DNA of 63,874 nucleotides, counting the filler, from Craspedostauros australis (lineage: Eukaryota): NCBI GenBank assembly GCA_030167865.1. It is 6 parts of 6 records of this genome, joined end to end, with 100 filler letters (N's around TTAATTAATTAA, not from the genome) between each part and the next. Parts side by side here need not be neighbours in the genome. Positions count along the whole stretch, not along the records: positions 38,148 to 60,584 come from JALAGF010006644.1; positions 60,685 to 63,874 come from JALAGF010006650.1; 4 more parts are not named here. One strand, 5' to 3'. This document shows, piece by piece, positions 56,144 through 63,874 of this stretch; the first letter of the stretch is position 1, and the number at the start of each line of letters is the position of its first letter. The position numbers and the translations under genes are program-made. Under the pieces are notes generated by a model. The model saw nothing but the letters and a program-made list of their open reading frames with translations, did not search any database and was not told the DNA's origin.

Positions 56144-59100
56144 TTACTTCGGATCTCCGGAGCTAAAGTTGATCACCTTGTTCGTGCCTCGGGGCATGTC
56201 GTCCCTCAGCTCCTTCGACCAGTCCTCGCCGATGGCCTGCATGAAGCTCGTCAAGAAGTAGTCGGCACCCAGTCTCTGCTGGTCGCACTGGAAAAGATTC
56301 ACCAGGATGTTGTCACGTCCATCCCAAACAGCCACCACTGTGGCCTTTTCACAACGGGCCACCACCACAACACCATCACCGACATCATCGTAAACTCTCA
56401 TGGATTCCACGTTGAAGTCCGTGTCGTCCCCTTCGAGCACGGTTGAGAGGACGGAGGCGATGTTGGGACTGTTGTCGTGGTGGCTGCTGTCGCTTCGGCC
56501 GAGCTGGAACACCGACTGGCGGCCAAGGGCGACCTGGTCCTTCAATTGCTGCTTGCCGGCGCTCAGATCGTAGTCGCTTTGTGAGAACATCGTGGGGTTG
56601 AATTCATGATCTTCAAGGTATGTCAATGTTCCACCTTGCAGCACGCTTGGCTTGACCATGAAGGTGTCACCGTACTTGGCGGCGATGGTGTCCTCCACAC
56701 GTCGGATGCGAGGGAAGGTGTCGTTCATGTCCACGGTGAGGATGGAAAACTCGAATGCAGGAGCATCCATCTTGGCGCGCTTGGGTTGGACGATGATTTC
56801 GGTCCTGGTCAGAGGGTCGATGTCAAGCTTCAAGCGGATCTGTTTGAGAGTGTTGCGACGCCATTCATCCGTCGTGGAGTCTGGAAGGATGGAGACGTAG
56901 AGAGGAACGACGGTGTTCTGGAAGATGTTGCGTCGGAATGTCCAGAAGCTCGTGAAGATGCGTGCCATGGCGTACGGTGCCTCCGCATCCAGGACGACAG
57001 CTCCGATGGGTTGGTTGTGCTCGCGGATGGCGGATTTGATCTCATCTTCGATCGATTGGCGGCATTCATGCAAGTCAGCAAGGTTGCTGTTGTTGGCGTC
57101 GCCGTCTCCGAAGATGAGGGATTCCATCTCAGGACAGACATGGACCGGGACGATCGTCAACGATCCACTGCTGTTGTCGCTGTTGCTCTTCTCCAATGCG
57201 GAGACAGAAAGACACCTGCTGGATTGGATGCCACAGAATACAATCACCATGGAGCTACGCGCAACATCCATCGCATCCGTGATGGCACCCAGCGATGTCG
57301 CAAGGAAGTCATCGTCAGTCATCAGGCTTTCAATGGTGGCTGCAGCTGTTGGAGTAGTGTCGGTGGCAGTGACAGATGGAGCAGCCGCAGTTGCATCCTC
57401 CTCGGACTTGTCACACTTGCGAGTGTGAGTAGTGAGATCTGGGCCAATGAGCTTCGTGTCTTCTTCCCAGGAGTTGTTGCCATACATTCCAGACACGATG
57501 ACGCGGTACGATGAGACGGAGCCCTTTGCGACACCGTTGCCGGCTCCGAGAGCCTTCACCAACGCCGTTCGTGTGGCGTCCATCTTCTCAAAGCGCCCCC
57601 ACAGATGGATGTCCAATCCAACGTACGATCGTCCCTTCCACCAGCGGGCGATCACGTATCCCTCCGCCATCATGATCACGACGTCGCTGTCATCATCATC
57701 GTTGTCGTCTATGTTGTTATCATCGGAGATGATGGATGTGAAACCAAGACCCTCCAGGGCTGTCATCAGCGCAGATTCGATGGTGTCCAACGGAATGGTG
57801 CAGTGCTCCACCTCGATCACCATCAGCATGCCTTCGCTCTTGCCCTTTCGGATACCCTCGGTCTTCTTCTGGTCTTCGATGGCCTCAGCCAGAGCATCGC
57901 AGGATCCGTCTGTGGTTGGATCATTGATCTTGTAGTCACGCCAGAGGTAGTACTGGTGGGGATAGTCGTCGATCTCTGGCAACAGGAGGTTGTCGACGCC
58001 ATGATCCGTCATCTTGTCATGATGGTAGAAATCGATGTGGTTGCTGCCCATGATCATGGACTGGTCGCAGATCATGGGGTTATTGTAGTAATGGACGTCG
58101 ACGGAGTAATCGAAGGTGGCGGAGATCTTTTCGAAGTGCGGTTCGTTCTTCACCATGATACCACCTGGTTTGACGAGCAGTGCCATGGCGTTGAGGATAT
58201 CGAGATGTTCGGTGACGGTGAGGCTGGCTCCCGTTTCGGAGACGTCCACCATGACGAAGTCGAATGAGTTCATGTACTCTCTGGGGAGGAGGAGGAGAGA
58301 CTTGGTGGCATCACCGAACCACCACTCCACGCGATCATCGTGAAAGTGCGGATCTGTGTGGAACCATTCGAATGCGTTGCGCACGACGACCTGATCGAGC
58401 TCCAGTCCGATGACGAGCTCGAGGTTTGGGTACTTGAGCACCTCCTGGAGGATCATCGAATCACCGCCGCCGATGAAGGCGACGCGCTTGAATTCTGGCA
58501 GGTACCGTGCCGCGTAGTTGACGGCGTACTCGTGGTAGTGCGGTCTGTAGTTGTCGCAGATCTGGAGGATGTCATCCAATTCCATGCAAGCATTGATATT
58601 GCCTTCGTCGGTGACCTGCTTCCTGAATCGGATGTCTTGGTACTCGCTCTCAATGTCTTTCTTCGGACCGAACTTGCTGTAGTTCAAGAATTTGCGCACG
58701 TTGCATGTTGCCCTTCGGTCCGGGACCTCCTCCTCTTCGGATTCGAGGGTGTGGTAGAGCTGGTTGAGGTAGCACCCGTCTGTGACTTCATTGACACAGT
58801 CCAACAAATTATAATTCACCGCGTTGACATCATCGCTCGTCCTGCCTTGTTTGGTCGACCACAGCATGTTGGCGAGAATGAGGATGGAAGCGTCAATGTA
58901 ACTCATGATGATGTCGTGCTCATGCCGAGGAATGGTTGTGGATTGTGCAGAAGTTCCTTCGGGAATCGGCACCTGTGTATCAACAGGCAAGCCTCCATAC
59001 TTCCATCGAGCCAGGCTGCTGAGGAAGATCTCCATGTAGTACTGTCCATCAATATACTGCGGTTTTTCATCCCACTTGATTTTGAACCGCCGATCGTCGG

Positions 59101-60366
59101 ATGCGGTGTCGGCATCGGCGTGTTCCGTGCTTTGGCCACGCTTGATAGGAGCGTTTCGTTTCGAGATGGTCGCGGCCATGGTGTCATCGTAGAGGGTTTC
59201 GTACACGAAGTTCCATTGCTGTGGATATTGCGAAATGAAACCATGATCTCGTAGCAGATCTGCAGCGTTGCGAAGTGTTGGGGGCAGAGTGGCCCGTCGT
59301 GGCATTCATTCGAATGTTGAGAAGGAAATTGAAAGAAAATCAGGCGAAGGAGAAGCTGCTGTGTAAGCTTCACATGGCAGGAATGGAGTACCAATAGAGC
59401 ATCGTTGAGCGTTGAGCACTGGGCATTGCGGCACTGTGACATTATTGGTTCGTAGCAACCACATTGTCGGAGCGCTGTTGAACGATGCATTTCCTCACGC
59501 AGCGACTGTCATCCATCACACTCACGTGTCATTCCGTAGTCCTCTTCTCTTTCGTGCAACGGAGAATCGATATACGAGCGAACAAGCTGCTGGCCAGGAT
59601 CGATGGCCGCAGTCGAGACCAGCACAAAGGCATCGTTGTCATTATCGGGCTTGATCTGAACGTTGACTTTGGCGGGGTCGCTCTCATGGTTGTAGAGGTC
59701 GGCAATGGGCATGAGATCCTCGCCAATTCCCCGCGTCAGCACGATCATGGCGGCCAGTTCGGCAGCCGGCGTTCTGTCACCGCCGCAACCCTTCTCCCAA
59801 TCATTCTCCAGCCAATCCGTGGGATAGTACGGCGGAAATCGCAGGTACCGCGTGGTGCCCTCGAGCATCGCATGGAATGCCCGCTTGCCCGCGTCGCTCC
59901 ATGTGCTCGGATTGCGAATCGCCTGCTCCGTGACAGGCGAGTCTTCGGCTTGCAGGTATCGCATGAACGGCGCGTACTTCGAATCATCGCCCAGCTTCAT
60001 CTCCTCGATCAGCGCGAACGTCGTGCGGCAATTCAGTTCGCTTTTGGGAAAGTCATCCCTGTCGTTCTCCGCTATCGATAGATCCCACGGGATCGTGGCC
60101 AGCAGCTCGCCGGCTTCGATGCGTTCGGCAGCAAACACACCCACGCCGACCTCATCGGTGGTGTGAAATTCGGTGGCATCCGCCCGCCGCACGATCTGCT
60201 TGTGATTGAAGGATCCCTTGGGATGCTGCTCCACCCATTCAATCACGCTGTTGATGCTCTTGTTCTCAGATGGCGAAGTCGTTGCCGTCACGATCGCAGT
60301 GAGTGCCGCGAATGCGACGCAGACGGACTGCAGCATCGTCGCTGAGCTCCGTCTGCGGGATGTCAT
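56144..60366 (-). CDS. Signal peptide + SET domain + aminopropyltransferase (spermidine synthase-like) + AdoMetDC-like fusion protein, two exons
   Basis: Exon 1 (60366-59526): signal peptide, GVGVFAAERIEAGELLATIP, LMPIADLYNH, IDPGQQLVRSY. A GTGAGT...CAG intron joins in phase to exon 2 (59259-56144): YRPHYHE, RVAFIGGGDS, LELD, FGDA, FDFVMVD, LVKPGGIMV, then two AdoMetDC-like segments. Confidence 0.88.
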
Positions 60367-60500
60367 TGTAACGAACGCCCTGATGCAGCACAATGGTGGC
60401 GCAGTGCGCTGTTGGACGCAAGGTATTGTGCGAGTGCGAGTCTCAATGAATCGAATGGGTTGGCTGATTTGGTAAATGCTGTTTTGTGCAGATGGTGCGA

Positions 60501-60584
60501 TGTTGTGTTGTGTTGTGTTGTGTTGTGTTGTGTTGTGTTGTGTTGTGTTGTGTTGTGTTGTGTTGTGTTGTGTTGTGTTGTGTT
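60501..60584. repeat. (TGTTG)n microsatellite at the contig end
   Basis: Perfect pentanucleotide run up to the N gap. Confidence 0.93.
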
Positions 60585-60628
60585 NNNNNNNNNNNNNNNN
60601 NNNNNNNNNNNNNNNNNNNNNNNNNNNN

Positions 60629-60640
60629 TTAATTAATTAA
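60629..60640. other. Artificial contig-joining linker
   Basis: TTAATTAATTAA flanked by N runs. Confidence 0.97.
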
Positions 60641-60842
60641 NNNNNNNNNNNNNNNNNNNNNNNNNNNNNNNNNNNNNNNNNNNNACCACACAACCACACG
60701 ACCACAAATCAACACGGAAGTCAACACGATGTCCCAACCGCACCTTCCTGAATTCCGCCAACTCCATCTCATAAAACCAAATCACCATCCACCTCACTCC
60801 AACTTCCTTCGAATCAACCCAACTTGACACAACAATACAACC

Positions 60843-61520
60843 ATGCCAGCCTCAATCGCAATGCAACCAACCAACACCACCACCACAACCAACAACAATA
60901 ACAAGAGAAAGAACACAAGGAAGAACCATGGCAAGTCCGTCGCCTTCCATCAAACTGTCAGAGTCAAGGAGATCATCCACATCAACGACTACGCCAACGA
61001 TGAGATCGATGCTTGCTGGTGCTCAAAGCAGGACAAGATCCACACCAGACAAGACATCGCCAACACTCTCAGACAGCACAACAGCAACAGCAACAGTAGT
61101 ACCAACAACAGCGATCTCGACATTCGCGGCCTGGAATGCCGCACCAAGCAAGGATCTCAACAGAGACGAGCGGACCGCGATGAATCCATCTCCGCTGTCC
61201 TCGATGAACAGGATCTGCAGGAACATGAAGGATCCTCCTGTCCCGATATGATCTCAGCAGTCTATGCCGACACCACACGCAACGCACAGATGAGAGCCAA
61301 CGTGCAAGCGATGCTGGATCATCAGGTGGTGTATTACACAGAACACGCCGACGACAAGCAGACAGCGATGGACATGAACATGGACATGGACACAGCCACA
61401 ACAAGCCCAAGCCCAAGCACTGCGATGTGCNCATCGCGTCAAGTGCAGAGTGTTGTGCTGCAGACGAACCAGCAGCATCAATCCATGGTGTTCCGCAGCG
61501 TCGCCGGAAGTGCCGCTTAG
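60843..61520 (+). CDS. Uncharacterised protein with a KSVxF...VxV...DY...W...RGLE...AVLDEQ module (second VxF-type family)
   Basis: 225-aa ORF: GKSVAFHQTVRVKEIIHINDYANDEIDACWCS...IRGLECRT...AVLDEQDLQ...ISAVY. Confidence 0.82.
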   Translation: MPASIAMQPTNTTTTTNNNNKRKNTRKNHGKSVAFHQTVRVKEIIHINDYANDEIDACWCSKQDKIHTRQDIANTLRQHNSNSNSSTNNSDLDIRGLECRTKQGSQQRRADRDESISAVLDEQDLQEHEGSSCPDMISAVYADTTRNAQMRANVQAMLDHQVVYYTEHADDKQTAMDMNMDMDTATTSPSPSTAMCXSRQVQSVVLQTNQQHQSMVFRSVAGSAA

Positions 61521-61640
61521 AGAAGACCACATCCGTGATTGGTCAACGATGTACAACATCATGCAACAGAGCACATCAATCGCGACTGCGGGCACAAACA
61601 TGAACAACATTCACACTCTGGACACCATACAAATACATAG

Positions 61641-61706
61641 ATAGACACTCATAGACGCCAATAGACACTCATAGACGCCAATAGACACCCACAGACACTC
61701 ATAGAC
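61641..61706. repeat. Short minisatellite (ATAGACACTC/ATAGACGCCA units)
   Basis: About 6.5 related 10-bp units downstream of the CDS. Confidence 0.8.
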
Positions 61707-63156
61707 CTGTCCATTGAACAAACTCATCATAAAGATAACTGCGATTCCAATCACATCAACTGAGAATCTTCAAACAACACAACCACTTGTATCGCTGTCA
61801 ACGTCTTCTGGTGTGCACGCCACATGGACGTTCGGATTCGATACCAACGAATTGTGGATCACTCCAGGAATGCAACTCCAGAGGTATGTTCAACATGATC
61901 AAGTTCGACCAAGGCAGCCCAGAACACTGTATCGAGTCACTGCCAGAATCCAGCACTGCCACGTGACATTGCAGCCGTCCGTATCAGACGTTGCCTGGCA
62001 ACATGGAGTTCTCCGCGATGGCGAAACAGCCCTACGCATCTTGTCAGCCATTCTTCCAGAGCCAACAAGCGACATAGCTCGTACGAGGATGCTGATCGAA
62101 TGATCTGCGAGCAGAATACACAACGAATAGTATGGGCCTCCTGTTTTCCTGTGCCTACAGTTGGGATGGATAAAAAAGAGGGACCGCACACCCCATCAGT
62201 TATTCGAGGTGAGACAGGGCAGTACTGGAGGCCATCCACAAATATGACAGCAACAACAGTGGAGATGGAGGACTCTGCATGGACAACAAAGATCACGCAG
62301 ATGCCGTTTGTGCAAAAAAGGAGGATGATGAAGGAGAGCAAAAAGATGAGTGTCGGAGGGTGACAGAGGGCGATGTATCGTTCAGTCTTGTCGAGAAGGA
62401 CAGCATCTGTGTGAGTCGCGNNGTCGGGGAGAACAACCGCGCNAAGNACAGACNAGGGGTTTGCTCAGAGTCGTGGCTCATCAAGGACAGAGTGCGCAAT
62501 CATGTCACAGCGACGGGGACTTGAAGGCCGCGCCGCTCTGACACTGATGCTTCTGTTGTCTGTCAAGGCTATGATGATACTCATAATGCCATGGAGTCCA
62601 TGGACGCAGTTCGTTGTCTGCTTTCCTCGCTGCGCGCAGATGGAAGAACGAAATGGAGAACGAAGCACAAAAACGCAACCAAGGCACAACGTTGTCCTGT
62701 TCCGTGTTGTTTGGGGTTGTTTTGTGGTTGAACGATTTGTTGATTCAGACGTGTTTAGTGTAGGTACACGTTTGGATGGTCATGTACACGACTGAATACA
62801 TGATTCTTGGAAAGACTGAAATGAAGGAGATCGAACACAAAAGAACAAATGACGTCGACCTGTTCGAATACAAGCGAGTTCTGTAGACACGACATTCCAT
62901 GAATACTTCTCCGCAGAGAGGCATAATAGATGCTAGCACACCACGATCGCCAACAACCACCACCCTCACCGTGACAGCTCTCCTCGGCGCCTCTTGATAT
63001 CTGACACCATCCAATGAGTGCCTGCAGCATTGGAGATAGGAGAGGTCGCAAACGCGAGCATTATCGCGATTCCACAATCGCTGACGGGGACAAGGCGAAG
63101 TTCTGCTCTGAGGCCAGTCTGCTTGTAAAGTTACGCATCTAAAATGATAGGATCAG

Positions 63157-63874
63157 TTAAAGCGCATCAAAGTTCACCTCTGCCATGATCTTGTGGGCTG
63201 TGGCCACGCACATCCGCGTATCTGCTGTATGCCTTGCAGTTCTTCGTTTCCGTCGCTGACCATTGGTTTCTCCGTCACCACCGTCAACACCACCCTCCAG
63301 CATGCATCGATCTACAAGATTCGGATGCTTCTCCAACAGCTGTTCGACCTTTGCCCTTGCTCCCCATTCGTTGTACAACGAGATGGCATTTCCCAGATAC
63401 TGCCGTGGCCAGTAGAAGTCTTTATCATCATCCAGGACACCTGTGCTTTCAAAATCGGAGCTTCGTAAGGGACCGCTCAAGGTTGTGCGACGCAAAGACC
63501 CAGACAGTGCCAGTGTGCCTGTGTGCTTGTTCAGAAAGTACTCAGCGGCAAGCTCATTTGCCAGCGCTGCGTCATTGACATGTCCCGATCTGGCGCAATA
63601 GGAAATGGCCTTGTCGTACGCTGCCTTCACCTTCTGTTCGGATTGCTTCCCTCCGGCTGCCATCGTGTCTGCCTCCATGATGAGGTACCGATGGAGGTTG
63701 TTGCCACCATTTCTCTCGACCAGACGACGAAGTTCTGCCGTGTAGCTTGCCGCCTGGCGGTGGTACTTCCTCCGCTTTCTCTTGTTGTCTGTCTTTTGCG
63801 CCATCCTGGACATGGTGAGCCCACCTTGAAACACTCTCACGGTCTGCCGAGCAAAGGTATTGTCGAGCCCAGCG
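63157..63874 (-). CDS. C-terminal helical-repeat region of a large AAA/STAND-type ATPase-like protein (5' part outside the window)
   Basis: AYDKAISYCARSGHVNDAALANELAAEYFL...YLGNAISLYNEWGARAKVEQL matches the pattern I recognise at the end of the TPR-like region of bacterial kinase-ATPase-sensor proteins and their algal homologues. Confidence 0.72.
   Translation of the reverse strand, partial: AGLDNTFARQTVRVFQGGLTMSRMAQKTDNKRKRRKYHRQAASYTAELRRLVERNGGNNLHRYLIMEADTMAAGGKQSEQKVKAAYDKAISYCARSGHVNDAALANELAAEYFLNKHTGTLALSGSLRRTTLSGPLRSSDFESTGVLDDDKDFYWPRQYLGNAISLYNEWGARAKVEQLLEKHPNLVDRCMLEGGVDGGDGETNGQRRKRRTARHTADTRMCVATAHKIMAEVNFDAL

Noticed and set aside
40822..60366. fabI + thrC + polyamine fusion as a biosynthetic gene cluster
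   Set aside because: The genes are interleaved with unrelated ones and share no evident pathway or regulation; proximity alone is insufficient.
61714..63077. Several short ORFs
   Set aside because: No motifs, ambiguous bases and no supportable gene model.

Overview
Eukaryotic, intron-containing DNA of about 50% GC, most consistent with a diatom. The evidence is diatom-type Ty1/copia pol, a DDE_Tnp_4-like transposase relic, an M11-like secreted protein with a KxxK tail, and a SET-aminopropyltransferase fusion. The window is not one locus: five artificial N-TTAATTAATTAA-N linkers join six contigs (about 1-20514, 20615-25460, 25561-32909, 33010-38047, 38148-60584, 60685-63874). Contig 1 holds five divergent paralogs sharing one module (VxF...GPP..W...PLS..QR..LL..G...QRLET) that looks like a PP1-docking/CSRNP-N-like domain. 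It also holds a complete 358-bp miniature LTR element (identical 93-bp LTRs, 6-bp TSD, initiator-tRNA-type PBS, PPT, three GGTTCGATTCC boxes) inserted in the last codons of paralog 1, and DNA-transposon relics. Contig 2 is an intact copia pol with about 300 extra in-frame residues between integrase and RT. Contig 3 has a five-exon M11-like pseudo-protease and decayed retroelements. Contig 4 is part of a very large (PTSG)n mucin-like gene. Contig 5 has a bacterial-type FabI, a disrupted NTPase+nuclease-like gene, threonine synthase, a J-domain protein, two hypothetical proteins, and a signal peptide-SET-aminopropyltransferase-AdoMetDC-like fusion. Contig 6 has a second VxF-type family gene and the 3' end of a helical-repeat protein. 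All family assignments come from recognising motifs by eye; no database searches were run.
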